From an uncultured cyanobacterium (lineage in GTDB: Bacteria > Cyanobacteriota > Cyanobacteriia > Cyanobacteriales > CAWUOF01): a DNA stretch of 64,000 nucleotides. A program made the translations under genes and the position numbers. Below are positions 22,002-33,294 of the stretch, in pieces. The notes below the pieces were generated by a model. The model had not been told where the DNA came from. It did not search any database and saw nothing but the letters and a program-made list of their open reading frames with translations. The stretch spans positions 4,192,001 to 4,256,000 of the forward strand of contig CAVUSO010000001.1 of assembly GCA_963744145.1 (NCBI GenBank). The letters run 5' to 3'. The stretch's first letter is position 1; each line of letters opens with the position of its first letter.

Positions 22002-23531
22002 ATGAAAGTAACCCAGGAAAAGCTTCCCGCCAGCCAGATTGGGCTGGAAATCGAAATTACACCAGAAATGTCTAAGCAAGCCTACGAGCAGGTAATTCGG
22101 AATTTAACCCGCTCAGCTAATATTCCTGGGTTTCGCAAAGGTAAGGTGCCAAGGCAAATTTTACTGCAAAGGTTTGGCACCCAGCGGCTGAAAGCGAGTG
22201 CAGTAGAAGAATTGATTCAAGATAGTCTCAAAAAAGCAGTTGAGCAAGAAAAGATTGAAATAATTGGTCAAGTGGAACTGCGCTCGGCGATCGAGGATTT
22301 GATCACTCAGTATGAACCAGGAAAAACCCTCACATTTTCCGCCACAGTAGATGTGCGACCGGAAATTGAGCTGGGTCAGTACACTGGATTAAACTTAAAA
22401 GTAGAAGAAGTTCTGTACGATCCGAGCAAAGTTGATCTTTTTTTGGCAGAACGTCAGAAAGGGAGAGCGACTTTGATTCCTGTAGAAGGAAGACCAGCCC
22501 AAATTGGAGATGTGGTGGTCATAGATTATCAAGGTGAATTTCCCTCATCAGCTGAGGAAGGTAACGAAATTCCCAGAGTTGAATCGGAAGACTTTGAAGT
22601 TGAGCTGGTCGAAGGTCAGTTGCTCCCAGAATTCACCGTCGCGATCGCGGGGATGAATTTGAACGAAAGTAAAGAAGTGCCAGTTCAATTTCCTGCGGAT
22701 TATCCCCATGAAGATTATGCTGGACGGGCAGCTATTTTTACCATTACGCTCAAGGATATTAAGGAGAAGGAGTTACCCGAATTAGATGATGATTTAGCCC
22801 AAGAAATTAGCGAATTTGAGACCATGGCGGAATTAAGAGCATCCTTAGAAGCAAAATATCAAAAGGATGCCCAGGACCAAACCACTAAGAAAAAAAAGGA
22901 AGCATTAATAGAGGAATTAGTCCAAGTGGTAAAAGGTGATCTACCGGAAACCATGATTGAAGAAGAACTAAAATTGATGTTGAACCAAACAGTCATGCAG
23001 TTAGAAAATGCTGGGGTTGACATCCAAAGAGTGTTGACAGCGGAAATGGTTCAGGAGATGAAACAGCGATCGCGTCCAGATGCGATTAATCGGATTAAAA
23101 AAAATCTGGGGCTTGAAGCGATTAGTACCCGCGAATCAATTCAGGTAGAACAGTCGGCGATCGCTAGCAGGATGCGGGAAATTAAGGAAAAACTGGATGA
23201 TCCCAGAATCGACAATTCCCGCTTAAGAAAATTTGTCGAAGCAGAGCTAATTCAAGAAAAAACCATCGATTGGTTGTTAGAAAATGCCCAGATTGAACTG
23301 GTGCCACCTAGCTCTTTAACTCCAGCCCAACCAGAAGCAGAAACTACTCCTGTAGTGGAAACAGTAGCTTCTCCCATAGTAGACCCAGAATCTGAGTCAG
23401 GGTCAATACTTACTGATCTGGAAGTATCGGTGGAAGTAGCACCACCACCCGAACCTTCTCCCAGTTTAGAAGAAACAGAAATCACCGTGGAAGTTGTAGC
23501 CCAAACTGTACAGGAGCCAGAAAACGAATAA
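22002..23531 (+). CDS. tig: Trigger factor
   Basis: IPGFRKGKVP signature, FKBP domain, upstream of clpP-clpX. Confidence 0.95.
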   Translation: MKVTQEKLPASQIGLEIEITPEMSKQAYEQVIRNLTRSANIPGFRKGKVPRQILLQRFGTQRLKASAVEELIQDSLKKAVEQEKIEIIGQVELRSAIEDLITQYEPGKTLTFSATVDVRPEIELGQYTGLNLKVEEVLYDPSKVDLFLAERQKGRATLIPVEGRPAQIGDVVVIDYQGEFPSSAEEGNEIPRVESEDFEVELVEGQLLPEFTVAIAGMNLNESKEVPVQFPADYPHEDYAGRAAIFTITLKDIKEKELPELDDDLAQEISEFETMAELRASLEAKYQKDAQDQTTKKKKEALIEELVQVVKGDLPETMIEEELKLMLNQTVMQLENAGVDIQRVLTAEMVQEMKQRSRPDAINRIKKNLGLEAISTRESIQVEQSAIASRMREIKEKLDDPRIDNSRLRKFVEAELIQEKTIDWLLENAQIELVPPSSLTPAQPEAETTPVVETVASPIVDPESESGSILTDLEVSVEVAPPPEPSPSLEETEITVEVVAQTVQEPENE

Positions 23532-23538
23532 CGGAACA

Positions 23539-23575
23539 GGATTAGGTGTCAGTAATTTTACTTGATACCTAATCC
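23539..23575. terminator. Hairpin after tig
   Basis: ggattaggtgtca...tgatacctaatcc. Confidence 0.5.
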
Positions 23576-23792
23576 GATCGCCAAAATACGGTAGATATAC
23601 TGAGCTTGAAAAGGTAAATTCTCGGTAAAACCATGCTAGAATAGCGAGATAAACGCCTTGCTCGTTTTGCAGTAGTTTGCCTAGATTTTTAGAAGCGGCA
23701 TAATATAATAAAGTAAAATACCTACAGGTATAACCAACCTGACCAGTTAAATTTACCGCAAATTAATCAATAGTATTGATGAAATAAGTTCT

Positions 23793-24482
23793 ATGTTTGT
23801 ATCTCAGTCTCACCATAAGCCGTTTAGCAGCTTGAACCAATTGACGATCCAATCAGTTGACCCGAAGAATGTTGTCCCAATGGTAGTAGAACATTCTGGT
23901 GTAGGTGAACGCGCTTTTGACATCTACTCACGATTGCTGCGAGAACGAATTATTTTTTTGGGCACAGCGATCGATGATACAGTATCAGACTCGATCGTCG
24001 CTCAACTTTTGTTCTTAGACGCGGAAGACCCAGAAAAGGATATCCAGATATATATCAACTCTCCAGGAGGGTCAGTCACCGCGGGGATGGCTATTTACGA
24101 CACCATTCAACAAATTCGCCCCAATGTGATGACCATCTGTTATGGGTTAGCTGCTAGTATGGGAGCATTTCTTTTAACTGCGGGGACATCAGGAAAGCGG
24201 ATGTCTCTCCCCAGTTCGAGAATTATGATTCATCAGCCCCTCGGAGGTGCCCAAGGACAAGCCGTTGACATCGAAATACAAGCCAAAGAAATCCTTTATC
24301 ATAAGCATAAGCTGAATGAATTACTGGCTTATCATACGGGTCAGCCCTTAGAGAGAATTGAAGCAGATACCGAACGCGACTTTTTTATGTCTGCGGTTGA
24401 AGCTCAACATTACGGTCTCATCGATCAAGTGATCTCTAAACAAAATTTTCCCACCTCAGAAGTGGTTACCGTAGTCAAATAA
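23793..24482 (+). CDS. clpP: ATP-dependent Clp protease proteolytic subunit
   Basis: [35 protein letters not shown]. Confidence 0.95.
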   Translation: MFVSQSHHKPFSSLNQLTIQSVDPKNVVPMVVEHSGVGERAFDIYSRLLRERIIFLGTAIDDTVSDSIVAQLLFLDAEDPEKDIQIYINSPGGSVTAGMAIYDTIQQIRPNVMTICYGLAASMGAFLLTAGTSGKRMSLPSSRIMIHQPLGGAQGQAVDIEIQAKEILYHKHKLNELLAYHTGQPLERIEADTERDFFMSAVEAQHYGLIDQVISKQNFPTSEVVTVVK

Positions 24483-24491
24483 GAGGCGATT

Positions 24492-25838
24492 ATGTCCCCG
24501 AAATACGACTCCCATCTAAAATGTTCGTTTTGTGGTAAGTCTCAAGAACAGGTTCGCAAATTAATCGCTGGTCCAGGAGTCTACATTTGTGATGAATGTG
24601 TAGATTTATGTAACGAAATTTTAGATGAGGAGTTATTTGACTCCAATGCTACCCCTCCACAACCAGCCCCTCGTTCATCGGAACCACCACAAAAACGTCG
24701 CGCTCGTACTAGCAATATAAACCTGAGTCAAATACCTAAACCTCGAGAGATTAAAAAGTTTCTAGATGAACATGTAATTGGTCAGGAAGAAGCCAAAAAA
24801 GTGTTGTCAGTGGCAGTTTACAACCACTACAAACGTTTAAGTGTAGTTCAAATCAAAGGGAGCAGTAAACCGGTATTAGATGATACAGTGGAACTGCAAA
24901 AATCCAATATTTTGCTGATTGGTCCAACCGGTTGTGGCAAAACTTTGTTAGCCCAAACTTTGGCAAATCTGCTAGATGTCCCCTTTGCGGTCGCAGATGC
25001 AACTACTTTAACAGAAGCCGGATATGTGGGCGAAGATGTAGAAAATATCTTGTTACGTCTCTTACAAGTAGCTGATTTTGATGTGGAAGAGGCTCAACGA
25101 GGAATTATCTATATTGACGAAATTGATAAAATTGCCCGCAAAAGTGAAAATCCCTCCATTACGCGAGATGTATCTGGGGAAGGAGTGCAGCAAGCACTTC
25201 TGAAAATGTTAGAAGGTACAGTCGCAAATGTACCCCCCCAAGGAGGACGCAAGCACCCCTATCAAGATTGTATCCAAATTGATACCAGCAATATTTTGTT
25301 TATCTGTGGTGGTGCGTTTGTTGGTCTGGAAAAAGCAGTGGAGCAGCGCATTGGTAAAAAATCCATTGGTTTTATTCAAGCAGGTGATGCTCAACCCAAG
25401 GAAAAACGTGCAGCAGATATTCTGAAGCAATTAGAACCAGATGATTTGGTCAAGTTTGGGATGATTCCTGAGTTCATTGGTCGTGTCCCAATGGTAGCGG
25501 TGGTAGAGCCGTTAGATGAAAATACCTTAGCCGCAATTTTGACCGAACCTCGCAATGCGTTGGTTAAGCAATATCAAAAACTGCTGAAGATGGATAATGT
25601 CCAGTTAGACTTTAAGCAAGATGCAATTCGGGCGATCGCTCAAGAAGCTTATCGACGCAAAACGGGAGCAAGAGCTTTACGCGGAATTGTGGAAGAATTA
25701 ATGCTGGATGTAATGTATGAGTTACCATCTCGCAAAGATGTCACTCGTTGTACGGTGACAAGAGAAATGGTAGAAAAGCGATCGACTGCTGAATTACTAT
25801 TACATCCTTCTTCGTTACCAAAACCAGAATCGGCTTAA
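24492..25838 (+). CDS. clpX: ATP-dependent Clp protease ATP-binding subunit
   Basis: CSFCGK zinc finger, [11 protein letters not shown] loop, [14 protein letters not shown]. Confidence 0.97.
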   Translation: MSPKYDSHLKCSFCGKSQEQVRKLIAGPGVYICDECVDLCNEILDEELFDSNATPPQPAPRSSEPPQKRRARTSNINLSQIPKPREIKKFLDEHVIGQEEAKKVLSVAVYNHYKRLSVVQIKGSSKPVLDDTVELQKSNILLIGPTGCGKTLLAQTLANLLDVPFAVADATTLTEAGYVGEDVENILLRLLQVADFDVEEAQRGIIYIDEIDKIARKSENPSITRDVSGEGVQQALLKMLEGTVANVPPQGGRKHPYQDCIQIDTSNILFICGGAFVGLEKAVEQRIGKKSIGFIQAGDAQPKEKRAADILKQLEPDDLVKFGMIPEFIGRVPMVAVVEPLDENTLAAILTEPRNALVKQYQKLLKMDNVQLDFKQDAIRAIAQEAYRRKTGARALRGIVEELMLDVMYELPSRKDVTRCTVTREMVEKRSTAELLLHPSSLPKPESA

Positions 25839-25858
25839 ATAATTTGATTGAGTGAATC

Positions 25859-26701
25859 ATGGCGGAAATTAAAATTCGTGGTGTTAACCATTATTATGAA
25901 TGGATAACGGCATCAGAAACCTGCAAGCGATCGGGTAAACCAGTTCTAGTTTTTTTGCATGGTTGGGGAGGATCATGTCGGTATTGGGAAAGCACCGCGC
26001 GATCGCTGACAGCTCAATTTGATTGTTTGCTCTACGATTTACGCGGGTTTGGACGGTCGAAATTACCCCGGATTACCCCGGTAGAAATCGACTATAAATT
26101 AGAAGAATATGCTGAGGATTTAGCGATCTTACTAGATGAATTAGGTCTAGGGAAAGTTTATATTAATGCTCATTCTATGGGGGGGTCGATCGCGACTTTC
26201 TTTTTAAATCGTTATCCCGATCGGGTAGAAAAAGCCATCTTGACCTGTAGCGGAATTTTTGAATATGACGAGGAATCATTCACAGCTTTTCATAAATTTG
26301 GTCGTTATGTAGTTCAGTTTCGTCCAGCTTGGTTAGCCTATATTCCTTTTGCTGATAAAATGTTTATTGCCAGGTTTTTGCACCGTCCGTTACCGAGTGC
26401 GATGAGTCAGGCTTTTTTAGAAGATTTTCTGAGTGCAGATTATGAAGCAGCATTAGGTACTATTTTTACGGCTGTAAGTAAAAGAGCATCGGAAATTATG
26501 CCCGAAGAATTTGCCCGATTAAATATACCAACTTTATTGATTGCTGGGGAATTCGATCGGATTATTCCCGCAGCAATGGGTCGTAAAGCAGCTAATTTAA
26601 GTGATAAAATTCAATTTTATCTGATGCAGGATACTGGTCATTTTCCGATGTTAGAAGATCCTGGAACTTATCTTCAGCAAGTTCAGGAATTTTTGGTGTA
26701 A
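25859..26701 (+). CDS. Alpha/beta fold hydrolase
   Basis: FLHGWGG, DLRGFG, AHSMGG, GHFPMLE. Confidence 0.9.
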   Translation: MAEIKIRGVNHYYEWITASETCKRSGKPVLVFLHGWGGSCRYWESTARSLTAQFDCLLYDLRGFGRSKLPRITPVEIDYKLEEYAEDLAILLDELGLGKVYINAHSMGGSIATFFLNRYPDRVEKAILTCSGIFEYDEESFTAFHKFGRYVVQFRPAWLAYIPFADKMFIARFLHRPLPSAMSQAFLEDFLSADYEAALGTIFTAVSKRASEIMPEEFARLNIPTLLIAGEFDRIIPAAMGRKAANLSDKIQFYLMQDTGHFPMLEDPGTYLQQVQEFLV

Positions 26702-26759
26702 GAATTACCCACAATAGTGATATAGATCGGGAATAGAATATATTAATGGGGAATTTTAA

Positions 26760-27839
26760 ATGATCAAAAATATTACCATCAAAAATTTTAGATGCTTCGA
26801 TAGCTTAAAAGTATCTGAATTTGGAAAAATCAATTTAATTAGTGGTAAAAATAATGTTGGAAAAACTGCACTTTTGGAAGCAATATTTTTAAATAGTTCT
26901 CCCAGACCAGATACAATTTTTTTACTTCGTCAGATCAGAAAAGAATCAAGAGATTTTAGTAAAGCTCTACCAGATAGAACTTGGAATAATTTCTTCTTCC
27001 AGCAAAATAAAAATAATAAAATCTTAATTGAAGCTACTTTAGAAAATGAAGCCTCAAAAGTAATTGAAATTAGTGTTGATGAATCAATTAAAAACTTTTT
27101 AGAAGATGACAGTGAACAGGAAGAAAAAGAAATAAACAGTCTTTTTTCGGGAAGTGAATCAGTAGTATCAGTAATGCACATTAAAACAAAGATAGACAAT
27201 CAAAATTCATTTGAAACTCAAATTCTGGCAAGCTCTAAAGCATTGATAGGGAAAGATATTAAGCTTCCAGATATTAAAGATACTTTCTTTGTTCCCGCTT
27301 TTTTGAGAATCTCTAATAGAGAATTGGCAAATGAATTTGATAAAGCTCGTTTTAACAAAAGGGATAAGGAGGTTTTAAAAGCGTTTCAAACCATTGATTC
27401 TTCTATAATTCTGGTCGAAAGTTTTAGTATTGGTGAACCTAACATTTATTTAACAAGAGCAGGAGAAGATCTATTACCTTTATCATTGTTTGGTGATGGT
27501 ATTAGTCGAATTGCTGATATTATATTAAAGCTTGTTAACAATGATAATAGTATTTTATTAATTGATGAAATTGAAAATGGTATTCATCACTCTAATCAAG
27601 TTTACTTCTGGAATCTTCTTTATCAGCTAGCTGATCGATTTAATATTCAAATCTTTGCAACAACCCATAGTTTAGAAATGACCCAGGCTTTTATAGAAGC
27701 TGGCGTAGAACATGATATTTTAGCTGCTCATTTTGAGATAACCAGAAACGCTAAAACAGGAAATCTTGTTGCAATCAGACGAGATTTAGATACTTTAGAT
27801 TATGGGATAAAACACAAAAAAGAGGTGAGAGGTGGGTAG
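26760..27839 (+). CDS. ABC-type/AAA_15-like ATPase
   Basis: IKNFRCF, GKNNVGKT, FGDG signature, LLIDEIENGIH, ATTHS. Confidence 0.88.
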   Translation: MIKNITIKNFRCFDSLKVSEFGKINLISGKNNVGKTALLEAIFLNSSPRPDTIFLLRQIRKESRDFSKALPDRTWNNFFFQQNKNNKILIEATLENEASKVIEISVDESIKNFLEDDSEQEEKEINSLFSGSESVVSVMHIKTKIDNQNSFETQILASSKALIGKDIKLPDIKDTFFVPAFLRISNRELANEFDKARFNKRDKEVLKAFQTIDSSIILVESFSIGEPNIYLTRAGEDLLPLSLFGDGISRIADIILKLVNNDNSILLIDEIENGIHHSNQVYFWNLLYQLADRFNIQIFATTHSLEMTQAFIEAGVEHDILAAHFEITRNAKTGNLVAIRRDLDTLDYGIKHKKEVRGG

Positions 27840-28518
27840 TAATATTCTGATTGTAGAAAGCAAAAATGATCAGTATTTCTTTAAAGCCATCATTGACTAT
27901 CTTAACTATGATATAGCAATTGCACCGCCCATTCTACTTTCAGAGGAAGACTATCGCTCAATGAATGGTTTAGCTTTAAAGAAAGCTCTTAAAGATTTAA
28001 AGGCTGATATCGAAAAGGGTGAGATTGAAAAAATAGGTATAATTATCGATGCTGATAATCATTCAAAAGAAGATCGGATTACCTTTATAAATAAATATAT
28101 TCAAAAAGTATTTCCAGGTTCACCATTACTTAGTAACACCAACGAGTTGATCAATTTAAGTTTTGCTGAATTTAATATTCAATTAGCCTGTTATTTGACT
28201 AATGTTGATGGACAAGGAGAACTTGAGACAGTCTTAAAAGTAATTAAGAATAGGACTTCTATTTATGCTGATTGTCTAGAAAGTTGGAAAGCTTGTTTGC
28301 AAAGTCAACACAAAACAATCACGATTAAAGAGTTTGATAAATTTTGGGTTTCCATGTACCTTAGATTTGATACCTGTTCAGATGATGAAAAGCGTCAAGC
28401 CGAGCGTAAGTGTAGCATGAAAGGATTTGAATATGTGATGAAAGAAAAAGTAACTATTTGGGATTTTGAGAATTCCATCTTAGATGATTTGAAGCACTTT
28501 CTTCAATTATTTTGCTAA
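27832..28518 (+). CDS. DUF3226-like (TOPRIM-like) partner protein
   Basis: ILIVESKND and IGIIIDAD acidic motifs, GELE; overlaps the ATPase stop. Confidence 0.7.
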   Translation: MGSNILIVESKNDQYFFKAIIDYLNYDIAIAPPILLSEEDYRSMNGLALKKALKDLKADIEKGEIEKIGIIIDADNHSKEDRITFINKYIQKVFPGSPLLSNTNELINLSFAEFNIQLACYLTNVDGQGELETVLKVIKNRTSIYADCLESWKACLQSQHKTITIKEFDKFWVSMYLRFDTCSDDEKRQAERKCSMKGFEYVMKEKVTIWDFENSILDDLKHFLQLFC

Positions 28519-28530
28519 TATGTTCAACCC

Positions 28531-29367
28531 CTAAATAACTCCATACTTTTTAAACCAAGCTTTTAAAAGTTCCCATCCATCTTCAGCTTGCTTTTGCCGA
28601 TAGGATGAGCGATAATCAGCATTAAAACCGTGGGGAGTATCAGGATATAAAATAATCTCTGAACCGCTTGAACTAGATTGAAGTGCCTGACCCATTTTTT
28701 CCACTGAGTCAACTGGAATATTAGTATCTTGATCGCCATAAAGTCCTAATACAGGTACTGTTAAAGTAGCAGCAATATCAATCGGATTGATCGGAGTTAA
28801 AGTTGTAGGTTTACCAACTAAACGTCCATACCAAGCCACACCTGCTTTTACGTTTGGATTATAAGCTGCATATAACCAGACAATCCTTCCACCCCAACAA
28901 AAACCAGTAATTCCTAACTTATCAATATTGGCTTTTCCCGTTTTTTGTGCCCAATTTACAGTAGCATCTAAATCGGACATGACTTGAGCATCAGGAACTT
29001 TAGAAACAACTTTGCTAATAATTTCTGAAGGATTACTAATTTTAGAAACATCACCTTGACGAGCATAAAGTTCGGTCGCGATCGCAAAATAACCCAATTT
29101 AGCCAAACGACGACAAATATCCTGAATGTGGGCATGAACACCAAAAATTTCCTGCACTACTAATATAACGGGAAAATTCTCCCCAATTGCGGGCATAGCT
29201 CGATAAGCAGGGATTTCACCATCTGAAACCGGAATTTTTACTTGTCCAGCGATTAAACCGTTACTATCGGTGACAATTGTTTTGGCAGAAATTGGCCGAA
29301 CTGCTAGGGCAAAAGATGTAGCTAAGGCAGTTACAATGATAAATTGCCGACGGGTCAAATCGGACAT
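28531..29367 (-). CDS. Dienelactone hydrolase family protein
   Basis: [20 protein letters not shown]; Tat-like RRQFI N-terminus. Confidence 0.92.
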   Translation of the reverse strand: MSDLTRRQFIIVTALATSFALAVRPISAKTIVTDSNGLIAGQVKIPVSDGEIPAYRAMPAIGENFPVILVVQEIFGVHAHIQDICRRLAKLGYFAIATELYARQGDVSKISNPSEIISKVVSKVPDAQVMSDLDATVNWAQKTGKANIDKLGITGFCWGGRIVWLYAAYNPNVKAGVAWYGRLVGKPTTLTPINPIDIAATLTVPVLGLYGDQDTNIPVDSVEKMGQALQSSSSGSEIILYPDTPHGFNADYRSSYRQKQAEDGWELLKAWFKKYGVI

Positions 29368-29447
29368 TAGCTGTTCCCTCTAAGTATTTTTGAGCATAGT
29401 TTACTATAAATACCTGGCAAAAATCAGTGAGGTATATTTAGTCGTAA

Positions 29448-29521
29448 TGGCTCAAGGCAGATTTGAACTGCCGACCTTGGGCTTATGAGTCCCCTGCTCT
29501 AACCAACTGAGCTACTGAGCC
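29448..29521 (-). tRNA. tRNA with CAT anticodon, probably elongator tRNA-Met
   Basis: GGCTCAGTAGCTCAGTTGGTTAGAGCAGGGGACTCATAAGCCCAAGGTCGGCAGTTCAAATCTGCCTTGAGCCA; cloverleaf; CCA not encoded. Confidence 0.93.
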
Positions 29522-29664
29522 TTTTTTTCATGCTTTCACAGCATAACACATCTAATCGGCGATCGCTACCCCTAATTTAAAAAAAATTCCCAAGGGCCAA
29601 AAATCTATGTTTGCCAATATCTTATCCTAGAAGAAGAACGATTTGCAGCTATCCTGAAAAACTT

Positions 29665-30033
29665 ATGAGTCTGAATGTAGTCACCTTAGTCGGTCGTGTC
29701 GGTGGAGAACCAGATGTCAAATACTTCGAGTCTGGTGCAGTTAAGTGTAAATTAACCTTGGCAGTCAACCGCATCAGTCGCAATAGCGATCAACCAGACT
29801 GGTTTAATCTGGAAATATGGGGCAAAACCGCCGAAATCGCGGCTAACTATGTCCACAAAGGTAGTTTGATCGGAGTAAAAGGTTCTTTAAAAATTGAGAG
29901 TTGGAGCGATCGCAACACCGGACAACAACGCTCAACACCAATCATTAAAGTAGAAAAGTTGGATCTATTAGGTTCTAAACGGGATAACGAAAACAATGCT
30001 GGTTATCAGAACGAGAACCCGGACAATTTTTAA
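29665..30033 (+). CDS. ssb: Single-stranded DNA-binding protein
   Basis: MSLNVVTLVGRVG...WFNLEIWGKTAE...KGSLIGVKG. Confidence 0.93.
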   Translation: MSLNVVTLVGRVGGEPDVKYFESGAVKCKLTLAVNRISRNSDQPDWFNLEIWGKTAEIAANYVHKGSLIGVKGSLKIESWSDRNTGQQRSTPIIKVEKLDLLGSKRDNENNAGYQNENPDNF

Positions 30034-30076
30034 TTTTGTGGTCAATCCGAACCAGATTTAACCTAGTACAGTCTGA

Positions 30077-30604
30077 AAAGAACATTTGTGGGACAGGCAT
30101 CTTGCCTGTCAATAACATAGATCAATAAGGTTATTTGCAGGTTTAGCCTACTGTCTAGCTTTATAATTTTGAGACTAGACCTCTTGCAAAAATAAATAGG
30201 ACAGGCAAGATGCCTGTCCCACCAGAATAAAGAACATTTGTGGGACAGGCATCTTGCCTGTCAATAACATAGATCAATAAGGTTATTTGCAGGTTTAGCC
30301 TACTGTCTAGCTTTATAATTTTGAGACTAGACCTCTTGCAAAAATAAATAGGACAGGCAAGATGCCTGTCCCACCAGAATAAAGAACATTTGTGGGACAG
30401 GCATCTTGCCTGTCAATAACATAGATCAATAAGGTTATTTGCAGGTTTAGCCTACTGTCTAGCTTTATAATTTTGAGACTAGACCTCTTGCAAAAATAAA
30501 TAGGACAGGCAAGATGCCTGTCCCACCAGAATAAAGAACATTTGTGGGACAGGCATCTTGCCTGTCAATAACATAGATCAATAAGGACTTTTGCAAGAGG
30601 TCTA
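30077..30604 (+). repeat. Tandem array C: ~3.5 units of 152 bp built on a TAGACCTCTTGCAAAA...TTTTGCAAGAGGTCTA element with paired palindromes
   Basis: gaacatttgtgggacagg at 30080, 30232, 30384, 30536. Confidence 0.95.
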
Positions 30605-30634
30605 CTGTCTCCCTACGAATATAAAAATAAATTA

Positions 30635-31642
30635 ATGACTAGGCAAAGAGTTCTTTCTGGAGTTCAACCAACTGGTAATCTGCACTTGGGTAACTATTTG
30701 GGAGCGATCCGGAACTGGGTTGAAGGTCAACATCAGTATGAAAATTTCTTCTGTGTAGTAGATTTACACGCGATCACAGCTCCTCATAATCCAGCTACTC
30801 TTGCTGCGGACACCCACACGATCGCTGCACTCTATTTAGCTTGTGGGATTGATTTAGCATACTCCCATATTTTCATTCAATCCCATATCTCCGCCCATAG
30901 TGAACTAGCTTGGTTATTTAACTGCATCACACCCATCAACTGGCTCACCGACATGATCCAGTTTAAAGAAAAAGCCATCAAGCAAGGAGAAAACGTTAAT
31001 ACTGGTTTACTTGATTATCCAGTTTTGATGGCAGCAGATATATTACTCTACCAAGCTGACAAAGTGCCTGTAGGAGAAGATCAAAAGCAACACTTAGAGC
31101 TAACTAGGGACATTGCAGCCCGATTTAACCATCAATTTGCTCAGAATAAACCAGTATTAAAACTCCCGGAGCCCTTAATTCGGAGGGAGGGAGCGCGAGT
31201 CATGAGTTTAACCGATGGGACTCGCAAAATGTCTAAGTCTGACCCTTCTGAATTAAGTCGGATTAATCTCCTTGATTCACCAGAAGAAATCCAGAAAAAA
31301 ATTAAACGCTGCAAAACTGACCCGATTCGCGGTTTAACCTTTGATGATCCAGAACGTCCGGAAAGTAAAAATTTACTTACCTTATATATGCTCCTGTCGG
31401 GTAAAACTAAGGAAACTGTCATCGCTGAATGTCAAGACATGGGTTGGGGACAATTCAAACCATTGCTGACAGAAACTACTATTACAGCTCTGACTCCGAT
31501 TCAACAAAAATATCGGGAAATTAGGGATGATCCGGGGTATCTAGCATCTGTACTACGACAAGGAAGAGAAAATGCAGCCGCGATCGCGAATGATACCCTG
31601 GCTCAAGTAAAAGCTGCGATGGGTTATGCAGTACCACTTTAA
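30635..31642 (+). CDS. trpS: Tryptophan--tRNA ligase
   Basis: SGVQPTG.LHLGN, VPVGEDQ, KMSKS. Confidence 0.97.
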   Translation: MTRQRVLSGVQPTGNLHLGNYLGAIRNWVEGQHQYENFFCVVDLHAITAPHNPATLAADTHTIAALYLACGIDLAYSHIFIQSHISAHSELAWLFNCITPINWLTDMIQFKEKAIKQGENVNTGLLDYPVLMAADILLYQADKVPVGEDQKQHLELTRDIAARFNHQFAQNKPVLKLPEPLIRREGARVMSLTDGTRKMSKSDPSELSRINLLDSPEEIQKKIKRCKTDPIRGLTFDDPERPESKNLLTLYMLLSGKTKETVIAECQDMGWGQFKPLLTETTITALTPIQQKYREIRDDPGYLASVLRQGRENAAAIANDTLAQVKAAMGYAVPL

Positions 31643-31713
31643 AAGCAAAAGGAAACAAAACTATCCTTGATCTACATCAATTCTAGCAATAGCCAATTTG
31701 CGGATTAAATTTC

Positions 31714-32640
31714 ATGTCAACTTTTAGTGATTCCCCCCCATCTTTGTTACCTGGACATCGGTTTCGGACTGCGGTCCAAACCGGTGAATTTTTAATCACT
31801 GCGGAAATTTCACCTCCGAAAGGTGGAAATGTCGCGGAAATGGTGAAAATGGGGCAACTAATCAAAGATCGAGTTCATGCTGTCAATATTACTGATGGTA
31901 GTCGTGCTGTTTTACGGATGTGCCCTTTAGCAGCTTCAATTATTTTATGGCAACATGGCATTGAGCCGATTTGTCAGGTCGCTTGTCGCGATCGCAATTC
32001 GATTGGACTTCAAGCTGATCTAATGGGAGCCCATGCTTTGGGGATTCATAATATTCTCGCTTTAACTGGTGACCCGGTAAAAGTCGGAGACCATCCCAAA
32101 GCTAGAAGTGTGTTTGAACTTGAATCAGTGCGATTATTAGAATTAATTAAACAACTCAATCTGGGGTGCGATGGGAATGGTAACTCCCTGACTGATGGAC
32201 CAACTGATTTATTTGTGGGTGCCGCAGTTGATCCCCAATCCTCCAGTTGGTCAGGTTTACAACGTCGGTTTGAGCGGAAATTAGCCGCAGGAGCGCAATT
32301 CTTTCAAAGCCAATTAATTTCTGATTTTCAGAAATTAGAAAAGTTTATGAATGAAATCGCCATTGGTAGTAATAAACCAATATTAGCCGGAATTTTTCTG
32401 ATTAAATCAGCGAAAAATGCTCAGTTTTTAAATAAAAATGTCCCCGGAATCAAAATTCCCGAATCAATTATTAATCGACTAGCAAATGCTCCGCACCCTT
32501 TGCAGGAAGGAATCGCGATCGCTGCTGAACAAATCCAGGAAGCACGTCAACTCTGTCAAGGAATACACCTGATGGTCATTAAGCGGGAAGACTTAATTCC
32601 CCAAATTTTAGATCAAGCTGGAATTAAACCACTGCGGTAG
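31714..32640 (+). CDS. metF: Methylenetetrahydrofolate reductase
   Basis: EISPPKG, CRDRN, LALTGDP, AGAQFFQSQ. Confidence 0.9.
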   Translation: MSTFSDSPPSLLPGHRFRTAVQTGEFLITAEISPPKGGNVAEMVKMGQLIKDRVHAVNITDGSRAVLRMCPLAASIILWQHGIEPICQVACRDRNSIGLQADLMGAHALGIHNILALTGDPVKVGDHPKARSVFELESVRLLELIKQLNLGCDGNGNSLTDGPTDLFVGAAVDPQSSSWSGLQRRFERKLAAGAQFFQSQLISDFQKLEKFMNEIAIGSNKPILAGIFLIKSAKNAQFLNKNVPGIKIPESIINRLANAPHPLQEGIAIAAEQIQEARQLCQGIHLMVIKREDLIPQILDQAGIKPLR

Positions 32641-32757
32641 TTACAGCAATTTATTTAACCAATTATTGCTGAGGTTTAAAAAAAATTAAAAATAAATAGC
32701 GATCGCATACAACCAAATCCCCGACGCGATCGCTTTCCGGTAAAAATTAACCGATAA

Positions 32758-33294
32758 TCACTCCTTTTTCATATTACTATCTGATTCATTTTTCACTAAC
32801 CCAATTGCGCCTTCCAAATTCGCACTAACCAAATTCGCACCAGACAGATTGGCCCGACTCAAATGAGCGTTTAAAAGATTAGCATTAGACAGATTAGCAT
32901 TAGACAAGTCTGTACTCCCTAGATCCGCACCACTCAAATTAGCACCAGTCAAGTCAGCACTACTGAGATCCGCAGCTCGGAGATCCGCACCCCTGAGATC
33001 CGCACCTCTGAGATTAGCACCTTGTAAATTTGTAGCTTGTAGATCGGCTCCTGTTAAATCAGCATCATTGAGATAAGCAAAGAATAAATTGGCATTACTT
33101 AAATCTGCCTTATTCAAATTGCTACCCTTTAGGTTTGCACCTCCAAGAATAGCACTTCTTAGACTTGCACCCTCTAAGTGACAATGTTGGCATTGTCTTG
33201 TTTCCAGCAACCGTCTAATATCTTCAGACTTGGCCCAACAGCCCGAGCAAATTGTGAGCAATAGCGCTCCGGTAGCTAGGATTCTTCGTTTCAC
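32758..33294 (-). CDS. Pentapeptide repeat protein with signal peptide
   Basis: A(D/N)LXX repeats; GTG start KRRILATGALL (alternative ATG 33321). Confidence 0.9.
   Translation of the reverse strand: MKRRILATGALLLTICSGCWAKSEDIRRLLETRQCQHCHLEGASLRSAILGGANLKGSNLNKADLSNANLFFAYLNDADLTGADLQATNLQGANLRGADLRGADLRAADLSSADLTGANLSGADLGSTDLSNANLSNANLLNAHLSRANLSGANLVSANLEGAIGLVKNESDSNMKKE

Noticed and set aside
29448..29521. tRNA as an integration site
   Set aside because: No duplicated tRNA 3' end or integrase seen in the window.
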